From a virus: a stretch of 64,000 nt of DNA. The translations under genes and the position numbers were made by a program. Under the pieces are notes generated by a model. It saw nothing but the letters and a program-made list of their open reading frames with translations, made no database searches and was not told the DNA's origin. Every line of letters begins with the position of its first letter. Within the stretch, counting starts at the first letter, position 1. Location of the stretch: IMG/VR virus record IMGVR_UViG_3300008108_000036; one strand, given 5' to 3'. This document shows positions 46,108-55,251 of the stretch, one piece after another.

Positions 46108-46737
46108 ATGAATAGCATGCAGGCTACTAACAAGCCAGGTTTACAAAGAAGTCGTTGCATGTTTTGTGGCTCTATAAATAGAGGAAAGGGTTGCAGATAT
46201 GGTCCTCATGGAGTACACTTCCATCCAGACGATTCAACGAAGTGTTCTTATTGTGGATCTCCTAGCTTTGGAAGAGGATGTAAAATAAACCCAACTGGAG
46301 ATTTACATGTGCATGGAGTTACATATAATAATATGTATAGAGAATTTGTGCAAAGCTTTTTGACTAATAAAGTATTAACAGAAGAACTTAAAAAACCTTT
46401 TGTCGAATTCGATGCTTATAAATTGGGTATTATTAATGAAAAGGGACAAGCTATAAAAATGCCGATTACCGTTGAAGAGAAACAATCATACTCTCCGTTA
46501 ATTAAAACTCTTCTAAAAATTAAAAGGTTTATTGGCCCTAAAATTGATTTATTTGAAGCAACAACCTCTCTAACAGAATCAAGCAAACTAAATCGCGAAA
46601 GTTTAGACAAATATAAACTGCTGATAGAACATAAAGATAAGATTAGAGATAATATAAATGATTTGTACAAAATTATCGATGAAGCTAACGCTGCAGGCTT
46701 AAGTTTAGAAGATATATTGAATCTTCTTGAAGGTTAA
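46108..46737 (+). CDS. Protein with duplicated Cys/His Zn-knuckle and conserved T4-like domain
   Basis: Two CxxCGS..GxGC..P..HxH repeats; DAYKLGIINEKG segment. Confidence 0.6.
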   Translation: MNSMQATNKPGLQRSRCMFCGSINRGKGCRYGPHGVHFHPDDSTKCSYCGSPSFGRGCKINPTGDLHVHGVTYNNMYREFVQSFLTNKVLTEELKKPFVEFDAYKLGIINEKGQAIKMPITVEEKQSYSPLIKTLLKIKRFIGPKIDLFEATTSLTESSKLNRESLDKYKLLIEHKDKIRDNINDLYKIIDEANAAGLSLEDILNLLEG

Positions 46738-46750
46738 TAGTTAACAAAGC

Positions 46751-46778
46751 TTGACATAACTCAAAAATAAGATATGAT
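46751..46778 (+). promoter_or_regulatory. Sigma70-like promoter for que operon
   Basis: TTGACA-N16-TATGAT, 6 nt before ATG. Confidence 0.6.
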
Positions 46779-46784
46779 TCATTC

Positions 46785-47066
46785 ATGTCTAAAAATAGTA
46801 TAAACATTTCGTTAACTGATGAAGATTTTTCTACAGTTCTTTCTGCACTTTTATTTTCTTGCTCTGTGAATATCGTTTCGAACACCAGCCAAGAATATCA
46901 GCAAAAGTTGTTTGAGTTAGCTAAACGACTAAAAGTATATAAACCGGACGTAAAAATTACTGATATACAATTTTTGAGAGAAGAAAATTATGAAGATGTT
47001 ACGACCCAAGAATTATTGAAGGAGTTTGAACAAAATCTGGAAATTATATCTTTTGAAAATATTTAA
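46785..47066 (+). CDS. Hypothetical protein
   Basis: First gene of the que operon after TTGACA-N16-TATGAT. Confidence 0.55.
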   Translation: MSKNSINISLTDEDFSTVLSALLFSCSVNIVSNTSQEYQQKLFELAKRLKVYKPDVKITDIQFLREENYEDVTTQELLKEFEQNLEIISFENI

Positions 47067-47552
47067 ATGAAAAAATACACTTCAACTAAAGTAATCGAAT
47101 TAGGCTCTTGTGCATTTAGACAATGGAAAGCTGAAGGAACGCACTGTAGATTTGTTCATGGGTATCGATTGATGGCTAAATTTTGGTTTGAGTGCTCTAA
47201 GCTAGATCATCGGAATTGGGCAGTAAATTTTGGAGGATTAAAAGAACTTAAGCGAATGTTGCAACAACAATTCGACCACACGTTGTGTATAGCTGTCGAT
47301 GATCCTCTTTTAGCTAATTTTCAAGAACTACACAACCAAGGAGGATGCGATATACGAGTAATGGATGCAGTTGGGATTGAAAAAGTAGCTGAGTGGTGCT
47401 TTAAAACCGCAAGATTGTTTTTGGAGTCAAATGAAGAAACATATAAGCGTTGCTGGGTCTCTAAAGTTGAAGTATGGGAACATGAAGAAAATTCAGCAGT
47501 ATATACAGAAATTGATGATCAACACGGAACAACCGTACGCGAGGAAATTTAA
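47067..47552 (+). CDS. queD: 6-carboxy-5,6,7,8-tetrahydropterin synthase
   Basis: CRFVHGY, NFGGLK, FDHT, E..VWEHEENSA. Confidence 0.88.
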   Translation: MKKYTSTKVIELGSCAFRQWKAEGTHCRFVHGYRLMAKFWFECSKLDHRNWAVNFGGLKELKRMLQQQFDHTLCIAVDDPLLANFQELHNQGGCDIRVMDAVGIEKVAEWCFKTARLFLESNEETYKRCWVSKVEVWEHEENSAVYTEIDDQHGTTVREEI

Positions 47553-48301
47553 TGACTAATAATTTTTTATTCTTATCTGATGATAAAATCTTCTACACAT
47601 TAGAAGGAGAAGGGGAATATATCGGACAACCTTCTGTTTTTATGCGTATGTCTATGTGCAATCTTACCTGTAAAGGTTTTGCTTCAGAAAATAGTCCAAA
47701 TGGTTGTGATTCTTTTATTTCGTGGTCAGTAAAAAATAAAATGTCTTTTGAAGACATTTTTCAATTAATGGAAGAAAAAAATTATATCGAGCATCTTCGA
47801 AATAATGCTATTTTTAAGCTAACTGGTGGAGAACCATTAATAAATCAAAAGCAACTTCTTAAATTTATTGAAGAATTTATTGGGCGATATAAATTTGTTC
47901 CGAGAATTGATTTTGAAACAAATGCTACATTAATTCCAGATGAACGTTGGATACGAGAATTTAAAGCTACGTTTACTACTTCTCCGAAACTTACTACTAA
48001 TGGAGACCCAGAAGAAAAAACATACAAACCAGAGGCTTTGAAGTGGCACGTTAAACACAATTCTGGGTTTAAGTTCGTCATTACTTCGGATAAAGACATC
48101 GAAGAAATTTGGAGAAAATATGTAAACGACGATAAAGGCATTAATGTCCCACTAAATCGAGTTTGGTTCATGCCTTGTTGTGGATCAAGAAAAGAACACA
48201 TCGAAAGAGCTCCTGCTGTTGCTGAATATGCAAAAGCAATGCATGTTAACTTTAGCCCAAGAATGCATCTTCTAATTTGGGACATGGCTTTAAAAGTTTG
48301 A
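47552..48301 (+). CDS. queE: 7-carboxy-7-deazaguanine synthase (radical SAM)
   Basis: FYTLEGEG..VFMRMSMCNLTC..GCD (extended Cys motif), TGGEPL, ETN, SPK, PRMH..W. Confidence 0.9.
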   Translation: MTNNFLFLSDDKIFYTLEGEGEYIGQPSVFMRMSMCNLTCKGFASENSPNGCDSFISWSVKNKMSFEDIFQLMEEKNYIEHLRNNAIFKLTGGEPLINQKQLLKFIEEFIGRYKFVPRIDFETNATLIPDERWIREFKATFTTSPKLTTNGDPEEKTYKPEALKWHVKHNSGFKFVITSDKDIEEIWRKYVNDDKGINVPLNRVWFMPCCGSRKEHIERAPAVAEYAKAMHVNFSPRMHLLIWDMALKV

Positions 48302-48331
48302 CATATTCATTAACAAGCGTAAATATACTCC

Positions 48332-48976
48332 ATGCGTATAGCTTTAATGGGTGCTCATTGTGTGGGCAAAACGACACTAATAGAACAAATTCTTAAACAA
48401 TGGCCTATGTATAAAAGGCCTTCTAAGACTTATAGAGAAATTATTAAAGAAAAACAATTATCAATAAACAAACAAGGAACTAAAGATTCTCAAAAAATAA
48501 TATTAAATGCTTTAATAGACGAATTGCAAACAGCCAGTACGTCAGACGATAAATTTATTATTTTTGATAGATGCCCTATTGATAACGTTGTATATACGTT
48601 ATGGCATCATGCAAAAGGGACAGAGGGATTTACTTCGGATTTTGTAATGGATTGTAAAACAATTGCAGCTTTCTCACTTAAACATATAGATGTAATTTTT
48701 TATGTTCCGGCTAGGCCTGAAATTCCGTTAACTCCTAGAGAGGGAAGAGAAGTTGATCCTATTTTTAGAGAAGAGATTGACAATATATTTGATTCGATGG
48801 TTTCTTCATATGAGAAAAACACAGGAGCGTTTTTTCCTTTAGAAGATTGTCCCGCTGTCATTAGGCTCGACGGACCTCCAGACATGAGATTGCCTCAAAT
48901 GAAACTATACATTAAAGATAGTGGGATTGGATATGGTGAAGAAGACGGCAGCTTAATAGACACTTCAGCAATCTAA
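48332..48976 (+). CDS. P-loop nucleotide kinase (AAA_28/NadR-like)
   Basis: GAHCVGKTT, IFDRCPID. Confidence 0.8.
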   Translation: MRIALMGAHCVGKTTLIEQILKQWPMYKRPSKTYREIIKEKQLSINKQGTKDSQKIILNALIDELQTASTSDDKFIIFDRCPIDNVVYTLWHHAKGTEGFTSDFVMDCKTIAAFSLKHIDVIFYVPARPEIPLTPREGREVDPIFREEIDNIFDSMVSSYEKNTGAFFPLEDCPAVIRLDGPPDMRLPQMKLYIKDSGIGYGEEDGSLIDTSAI

Positions 48977-49425
48977 GCTCTACTAAAATTAATCTCTTTA
49001 GCGTTTTTAATTTTCAAACGAACAGCAGTTTTAATAAATTGTTTGTTGTTAGTTTTTTGCTGTTGTTCTAAGCATTTTGATGCGGCCATTTCTAACTCTG
49101 GTGAATCTATTTCATGTATTCCGCAGTAATAAAATGGGGTTTTTTCTAAAAGTTTTGTAATATGCTTTGTAATAAACGTTTTAAATCTCGAATTAGCTGA
49201 TTTAGTAGAAATAAATACTACTTTAGGAAAAGAGCTGTTTATTTTATAAAATTTTTCGGCCAGTTCATTTATAAAAAAGCTTATAATTATTTTTTTTCCA
49301 TCAGCTGAATTTAATGAAATATTGTGTTTGGTTGCGAATTTTATTGACTGTTTAATTGCTGACTCAAAATACGGATATACATCTATAGCACATATTCTAG
49401 ACTTCGGAAAAATTTTAGTTCTCAT
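48973..49425 (-). CDS. Hypothetical protein
   Basis: 150 aa, coupled to the GIY-YIG gene. Confidence 0.55.
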   Translation of the reverse strand: MRTKIFPKSRICAIDVYPYFESAIKQSIKFATKHNISLNSADGKKIIISFFINELAEKFYKINSSFPKVVFISTKSANSRFKTFITKHITKLLEKTPFYYCGIHEIDSPELEMAASKCLEQQQKTNNKQFIKTAVRLKIKNAKEINFSRA

Positions 49426-49842
49426 CTATTTAAAGTTCTTAGGAACACGACCCAAACGGCAATTTATTATTCCGTTATAATAATCTTCTTTTAATAAAAC
49501 GTCTTCTTGGATTTGCCTTTTTATTTCTTTATATCCTAATTCGAATTTAGAAAAACACCACTCTAAAATTACAAAGCTAAAGTTTTCTTTGCCGTATTTT
49601 TTAATATCTTCATTAAGCTCTTTAGATGACCCAGTATATGTTTTCCAGTCCGATTCTTTTGTGTCGAGACGTTTGCGCTTTTTTCCTTTAAGTGGTTTTC
49701 TTTTTACTTTAAACCTGCATTGCTTCTTACCAATGTACTTTTTTGGACAAACTAAGGCATTATTGGTAATTTCATAAATAAACCCGAATGCATCTTCACT
49801 AAAGCTTAAATTCTCCGCTAAAATCCAATGTCCTAAATCCAT
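49426..49842 (-). CDS. GIY-YIG endonuclease (T4 endonuclease II-like)
   Basis: GFIYEITN..KKYIGKK..ESDWKTYTGSS..YYNG. Confidence 0.85.
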   Translation of the reverse strand: MDLGHWILAENLSFSEDAFGFIYEITNNALVCPKKYIGKKQCRFKVKRKPLKGKKRKRLDTKESDWKTYTGSSKELNEDIKKYGKENFSFVILEWCFSKFELGYKEIKRQIQEDVLLKEDYYNGIINCRLGRVPKNFK

Positions 49843-49843
49843 T

Positions 49844-50107
49844 TTACTTTTTTCTGCGTTTTTTTCTGCTTTTTTTCATTCCATAACGAGTTATTACTCC
49901 TCCGTATATACCATAAGGAATTCTAGCATCATCTTTGGCGTAATTGTCACCACTAAAAGCTGTAGATGTTGAATCTATTCCATCGCCAAACGACGAACTT
50001 GTTGCACCCCCCTCAGAATCCTCATTAATGCTGTTCGTTTTGGTATAACAATCGTTCGATATAAAAGAAAGAGCTGCATTATACGCTTCTTTAAAGCTTT
50101 TTGTCAT
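49844..50107 (-). CDS. Small late protein
   Basis: TAAATA-N6-ATG; MTKSFKEAY; GDNYAKDDARIP; basic tail. Confidence 0.6.
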   Translation of the reverse strand: MTKSFKEAYNAALSFISNDCYTKTNSINEDSEGGATSSSFGDGIDSTSTAFSGDNYAKDDARIPYGIYGGVITRYGMKKSRKKRRKK

Positions 50108-50129
50108 AAATAATATTTAATAAAAATAT

Positions 50130-50246
50130 ATGAAATTTGACAAATTAGTATCTATGATAATGGAAAAATGTTGGAAGGGATACCAACAAAAGGGAGTAAA
50201 GAAGAAGGGCAATAAGGTTGTCCCTAATTGCGTAAAGAAAAAATAA
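50130..50246 (+). CDS. 38-aa peptide with CWKGY...VPNCV motif
   Basis: MKFDKLVSMIMEKCWKGYQQKGVKKKGNKVVPNCVKKK*; below ORF-track cutoff. Confidence 0.65.
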   Translation: MKFDKLVSMIMEKCWKGYQQKGVKKKGNKVVPNCVKKK

Positions 50247-50252
50247 TAAAGA

Positions 50253-50780
50253 CTAATACCAAGACGGCTTAGAGCGCTTTGTCCAAGTTGCAAAAGCTTT
50301 ATCTAACCGAATGTATTGTTTGTATTTGTCTATAGTAGAAAGTTGATCAAAACCAGCAATTTTTCTGCACTTAGATTCTAAGTTAATAGCGATTGCAAAG
50401 GGAGTCAATTCGCTTTTTTTACAATGCTCTGTTTTATCTACATTGCTTTTGCACCATTCTATAAATGATTTGGTAAAATGCTCGTTAGAAGTTGTCCATC
50501 GATAGGTTCGCTCATTAAACATTTCTAAAGCATGATCACAAAGCCACAAAAAGTTTGATGTTGACTCTCTTGTCCATACAGCACATGGATGATTGTAATA
50601 CCCTTTGCCAGATTTACGTGGGGATCCTTTTTTAGTCAAAGGAGCTGACAGTAATGTTTGATTAGAAAAGCAATGTTGAAGCAAAATTGCTGATTCAATT
50701 TGCATTTTAGACCTACAATGCTGATCACAAAGCTCTTGAGCTGATATCACTGGATCGTTATTGGTGCAAAAGATATTCAT
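50253..50780 (-). CDS. Pyrimidine-dimer DNA glycosylase / endonuclease V-like protein
   Basis: MNIF..DPVISAQELCDQH..KMQIESA..NHPCAVWTRES..W; terminal WTKR..PSW. Confidence 0.75.
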   Translation of the reverse strand: MNIFCTNNDPVISAQELCDQHCRSKMQIESAILLQHCFSNQTLLSAPLTKKGSPRKSGKGYYNHPCAVWTRESTSNFLWLCDHALEMFNERTYRWTTSNEHFTKSFIEWCKSNVDKTEHCKKSELTPFAIAINLESKCRKIAGFDQLSTIDKYKQYIRLDKAFATWTKRSKPSWY

Positions 50781-50855
50781 TGGCTAAAGTTTCAAACTAA
50801 AAATTAAAAAAGACAACAAAATGTTGCTTTTTTTAAAAAATAACATAATTTAAAA

Positions 50856-51185
50856 CAGTCGCTGTTAGTGCCAGCCAAAGCGTTTCAACGCGGGTCTTCG
50901 TTGGGAGATAAATAAACAGGAGTCAGCGATTAATAAATAAAAACACTACTCGATGTGCGCTTTATGCGTGACCGTTGTTTGGCCATTGCCAGGACCGCTC
51001 AAGCCAGCCCTTACAGAACAACCGAGGGGGCATATTTTTTGCTTTGCAAAATTTTGAAGCTTGTTAACCCGACTGAGACTCGTTTTATACGGAATTTCAA
51101 AGACAGGAGGTTATCCCAATAATGGGGGACCTCCCTCCTTCAATCTGAATAACCGGAACTTAAAGACCTTTTAAGCCTTTTTTGC
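50856..51185 (+). ncRNA. Candidate structured ncRNA (or replication origin) upstream of uvsY
   Basis: GC-enriched ORF-free ~330 nt with several helices (GTCGCTG/CAGCGAT, GCGT-TTCA-ACGC, GTTGTT/AACAAC, GGAGGT..ACCTCC), preceded by a promoter-like sequence. Confidence 0.45.
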
Positions 51186-51222
51186 TGTTGAATAACCTAT
51201 TTTGACGTATATCATTAACGAT

Positions 51223-51630
51223 ATGGCTGATGCATCTAATCTTTTTCAAGAATATCATGAAAAAATTGAGACGTTTTTGAAATTTGATGAATTAAACATT
51301 AAAGACTCACAAATGGCACTACCATCCGTTAGACATTATTGGGTAGGTCGGCTAATGTATCACAAACAACAAATTATAAAACTCAAAAAAGCAAAAGAAA
51401 AAGCAAGCAAAACCATTAAAGCAAAATTAGAAGAAGAATCGCCAGTTACTCTCAGCATTAAAACTATCAGCGAATCCATAGCAACGAATGAAATTATCTT
51501 AAAAATTGATGATGAAATAGCAAATAACGAGTTTTTGGTAGAATATCTCAGCAAGGTCGAAGCTAACTTTAGAGACACTCAATACGGAATGACTAATCTT
51601 ACTAAAATAATTACATTAGAAACGACATGA
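51223..51630 (+). CDS. uvsY: Recombination mediator UvsY-like
   Basis: Helical ~135 aa (DELNI..LPS..YW..EYL..KIITLE) located just before UvsW as in T4-like phages. Confidence 0.7.
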   Translation: MADASNLFQEYHEKIETFLKFDELNIKDSQMALPSVRHYWVGRLMYHKQQIIKLKKAKEKASKTIKAKLEEESPVTLSIKTISESIATNEIILKIDDEIANNEFLVEYLSKVEANFRDTQYGMTNLTKIITLETT

Positions 51631-52052
51631 AGATTTCTGCTGGTATTATTTTTTTATTTGACAACAAAGTACTTCTTTGTCATCCTACAAACGCTTCTTA
51701 TAATAACAGCTTTAGTTTTCCAAAAGGACAAGTTGATGAGGGAGAAACGTTTGAAGAAACAGCAATAAGAGAATGCAAGGAAGAAATTGGAATAAGTTTA
51801 TATAATCCCAAATTTGCATCCAAATACGAAGTAGAATACTATAATAAAAACAAAAAAAAGATAGTTAAAAAAGTAATATTATTTTTATTAAAAATTCATT
51901 CTTTATCGGAAATAGGACTGACGAATTTAGTCGTACCGAAAACCCAATTGCAATTAGATGAAATTGATTGGGCCGGGTTTTTAACAAAACAAGAAAGTGA
52001 ACTTAAAATTTTTTGGCGTTTTCATGAAGTTTTAAATCAAGTTTTAAGATAA
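51627..52052 (+). CDS. Nudix hydrolase
   Basis: PKGQVDEGETFEETAIRECKEEIG Nudix box. Confidence 0.9.
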   Translation: MKISAGIIFLFDNKVLLCHPTNASYNNSFSFPKGQVDEGETFEETAIRECKEEIGISLYNPKFASKYEVEYYNKNKKKIVKKVILFLLKIHSLSEIGLTNLVVPKTQLQLDEIDWAGFLTKQESELKIFWRFHEVLNQVLR

Positions 52053-52061
52053 AAATTTTAC

Positions 52062-53501
52062 ATGAATATAACATTTGATTTTGATACAGTTTCCAGAAAA
52101 CCTAAAATCATATCCGAATTTTTGCCTCAAATTAGAGAGCATTTTTCAGTAGAAGACAAAGCTTTATTATTTTTAAGAAAAAGAACTGGCAGAAACTTAC
52201 CCGTAAGAAAATATGCTATTACAAATAAAGGAATGTATGATTTGCCTTTTACTGGAACTATTTGTCAAGAACTTAAGTCAAAATTTCCTTCTGCTAAAAT
52301 CCATTTTACTGATGAGCTAGTAATCCGATTATCAAATAAAAGTATAAACGAAGAGTTAGTCACACTCAACTTTCCACCTAGAGATTATCAAAAATCTTCT
52401 GCCGAAACAGCATTACAAAAAGGAAGAGGGGTGGTAGTTCTTCCAACTTCAGCAGGCAAAACACTTGTAATTGCTTTAATAACTTCAACCATTTTAAAAC
52501 ACAGTAGTGATAACGTACTAATTTTAGTTCCAGACATTCAATTAGTTCAACAAACATACAAAGATTTTTTAGAATACGGAATTGACGATTCGTTGATTTC
52601 TAGATGGACTGGCTCTCATGAATTTACTAACTCAAAAATAGTAATAGCAAACAATCAAATACTTTTATCAGAAAAACAAGACCAAAACGTTCTTTCATCG
52701 TTTTCGACGATTATTGTTGATGAGTGTCACAAATTCGCTACAGCTGAAAAAATTTCAAAGCTTATTAAGAATTTGAAGTGTGAAAGAATATTTGGATTTA
52801 CAGGTTCTTTGCCAGAATCGAAATTTGACGTTTGGTCTATAAACAGAATTTTTGGTTCTATTATCTTTCATAAGAAATCTATAGATCTTAGACAGGATAA
52901 ATATATTTCAAAAGTGCGAGTAGTTTCTTTAGAGCTTAACTATAAAGACATACCACAGTTTTCAAAACCATCCGTTAACGACCCAACAGCAGGATATGAA
53001 GAAGAAATCACATGGCTTCATACCAACTTGTACAGAAATTCTATAATATCGAAACTAATAAATAAACTTGAAACTAACACTTTAATATTGGTTGACCGTA
53101 TAGTACACGGAGAGCATCTTTTGCAGTTTTTACAAGATCACACTAATAAAGAAATATATTTTATACAAGGATCTGTTGAATTGGAAGAAAGGGAGAACAT
53201 GAGAAAGCTTATGGAAGAAAAGTCTGGAGTTGTGTGCATAGCAATTTCTAAAATATTTTCTACAGGTATTTCTATTAAAAATTTACATAATATAATATTT
53301 GCAGCAATAGGAAAAGCAAGAATTAAAATAATTCAATCAATTGGAAGAAGTTTGAGATTGCATCACACAAAAGAAATAGCCACTATATTTGACATAGCAG
53401 ACACATGCTTAATTTACGGAAAGAAGCATTTTGACGAGAGAGTTAGATTATACGAATCCGAGCGCATTCCCGTTGTTTCTTCCACGCATTATGAATCGTA
53501 A
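52062..53501 (+). CDS. uvsW: UvsW-like SF2 DNA/RNA helicase
   Basis: PRDYQ, PTSAGKT, DECH, GFTGS, FSTGISIKNLH, QSIGRSLR. Confidence 0.92.
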   Translation: MNITFDFDTVSRKPKIISEFLPQIREHFSVEDKALLFLRKRTGRNLPVRKYAITNKGMYDLPFTGTICQELKSKFPSAKIHFTDELVIRLSNKSINEELVTLNFPPRDYQKSSAETALQKGRGVVVLPTSAGKTLVIALITSTILKHSSDNVLILVPDIQLVQQTYKDFLEYGIDDSLISRWTGSHEFTNSKIVIANNQILLSEKQDQNVLSSFSTIIVDECHKFATAEKISKLIKNLKCERIFGFTGSLPESKFDVWSINRIFGSIIFHKKSIDLRQDKYISKVRVVSLELNYKDIPQFSKPSVNDPTAGYEEEITWLHTNLYRNSIISKLINKLETNTLILVDRIVHGEHLLQFLQDHTNKEIYFIQGSVELEERENMRKLMEEKSGVVCIAISKIFSTGISIKNLHNIIFAAIGKARIKIIQSIGRSLRLHHTKEIATIFDIADTCLIYGKKHFDERVRLYESERIPVVSSTHYES

Positions 53502-53552
53502 ATTATTGGACGTCGTTGATTTATTTAAAATAATACCTATACTTTGCGAGTA

Positions 53553-54185
53553 ATGGAAAAAAAGACAAAAAAACCTGATTTAAAATCTAAAAAGGTTCAA
53601 TCTAAAATAGCAAACGTAAAGATTTCTAAACCCAAAGGCAAGTTATTGTTATCTTCTTCAAAAAAGAAACAAGCAGACGATTTGCCAGACGAAATAGTTA
53701 AAGCTGTAGCTTTACCTCAACAAAAACGCGTGAGAAGAACTAAAGAGGAGCTTAAAGATGTTTATATCGACCCAGTCGAAATGGAGCGTAAAATACATGA
53801 GTTTTATTCAACGGGAGTGCTTTCCGAGAGTCTTGCAGAAATGGTACAATTAATTGCTGTTAGACTAGGTTTAGCTAGAAATTTTTACTCCTACAGCTTT
53901 AAAACCGAAATGCAAGGAGACGCAATCGTTAAAATGATGACTGCTTTGAGACGAAAACGATTTAAATGTAATGCTGGCTACAATCCTTTTTCTTATTTTA
54001 CTAAAGTAGCATACCATGCATTTCAAAATTGCATAAAAAAGAACAAAAAAGATTTCGATACAATTAAAAGATATCAAGAAGAAATGTACGAGAGTTATAT
54101 ATGCAGTGGTTTATTGCCTTCAAAAAAGAATACACACGTTGAGTCTAGTGATGATTATACAGCAGATGGACATTACGAAAATTAA
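53553..54185 (+). CDS. Late-transcription sigma factor (T4 gp55-like)
   Basis: NFYSYSFKTEMQGDAI..NPFSYFTKVAYHAFQNCIKK; basic N-terminal extension; precedes gp47. Confidence 0.85.
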   Translation: MEKKTKKPDLKSKKVQSKIANVKISKPKGKLLLSSSKKKQADDLPDEIVKAVALPQQKRVRRTKEELKDVYIDPVEMERKIHEFYSTGVLSESLAEMVQLIAVRLGLARNFYSYSFKTEMQGDAIVKMMTALRRKRFKCNAGYNPFSYFTKVAYHAFQNCIKKNKKDFDTIKRYQEEMYESYICSGLLPSKKNTHVESSDDYTADGHYEN

Positions 54186-55251
54186 ACCAGCAAACAACAA
54201 AATTTTGTTTTTTTCGGATCTACATTTGGGGGTCCATCAAAATTCATCAGCATGGCACCAAACCTGCCTACATGTTGCTGATTTTATAGACAATACGATG
54301 AAAGATCATAATTTGGATACAATTATTTTTGCTGGAGATACATTTCACGATCGTCATGAAATTGGAGTAAACACACTATCTACAGCTAAGCACTTTTTTG
54401 ATAAGTTGTCTTCCTATAATATACACATTATTCCAGGTAACCATGATGCCTTCTTATCCACCACTTCAGAAGTAAATTCAGTAGACATTTTGTCTAACGA
54501 AAAAATATTTGTACATTCTAAGCCTACTATAATTCAAGCCAACGAACGAAAAATTTTATTTTGTCCGTGGAAATCAAACGTGAAATCTACCCTTGTTAAT
54601 TATAAGGTGAATTGTGTCGACATAATTGTCGGTCATTTTGAAATAATAAACTTTAAAATGAATGCTAATAAAATATGCGATCATGGTGACTCGGCAGCTG
54701 ATTTATTGGCAAGTTCTGAGTGCGTAATCACTGGTCATTTTCATTGTAGAGAACACAGAAAATACGAGGATAAGTTTGTGTTATATCTAGGGTCACCATA
54801 TGAAATGGATTTTGGGGATAGAGAGCAAAAAAAAGGAGTTACTGTGCTAGACTTAACTGATTTATCTGCTAATTTTATCGAGAATACTATTACACCAAAA
54901 CATCATAGATTGACCATTACTGATCTTATTCAAAAAAAACATAAAAATATTTCTGAACTAGTTAAAGGAAATATAGTCAGTATTTATGTGGACGTTGATA
55001 CAGACGCTTTAACTATAGACTTGCTTGTGTCTAAATTATCCCAATATGAACCATTCCAGCTAAGAACAGAGTTTAATATTTTAGATAAAGCATCAAACTC
55101 TGAACAAACAAAAGAAATAGAAAAATTATCTCTTGATATTGAAACCGCATTTTCAGAATTTGTAGAACATATAGAAACAAGGGCTACAAAAAAGGAGGTT
55201 TTAAACAAGTGCATTGAACTATTTAGAACATCACAAAGCTTAATAGAATAA
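54166..55251 (+). CDS. Recombination endonuclease subunit (gp47/SbcD/Mre11-like)
   Basis: SDLHLG, GDTFHDR, GNHD, GHF, TGHFH, YLGSP. Confidence 0.92.
   Translation: MDITKIKPANNKILFFSDLHLGVHQNSSAWHQTCLHVADFIDNTMKDHNLDTIIFAGDTFHDRHEIGVNTLSTAKHFFDKLSSYNIHIIPGNHDAFLSTTSEVNSVDILSNEKIFVHSKPTIIQANERKILFCPWKSNVKSTLVNYKVNCVDIIVGHFEIINFKMNANKICDHGDSAADLLASSECVITGHFHCREHRKYEDKFVLYLGSPYEMDFGDREQKKGVTVLDLTDLSANFIENTITPKHHRLTITDLIQKKHKNISELVKGNIVSIYVDVDTDALTIDLLVSKLSQYEPFQLRTEFNILDKASNSEQTKEIEKLSLDIETAFSEFVEHIETRATKKEVLNKCIELFRTSQSLIE

Noticed and set aside
50856-51185. RNase P RNA or group I intron
   Set aside because: Lacks the GAGGAAAGUCC and 3' P4 consensus, interrupts no gene, and has no recognisable P7 core.
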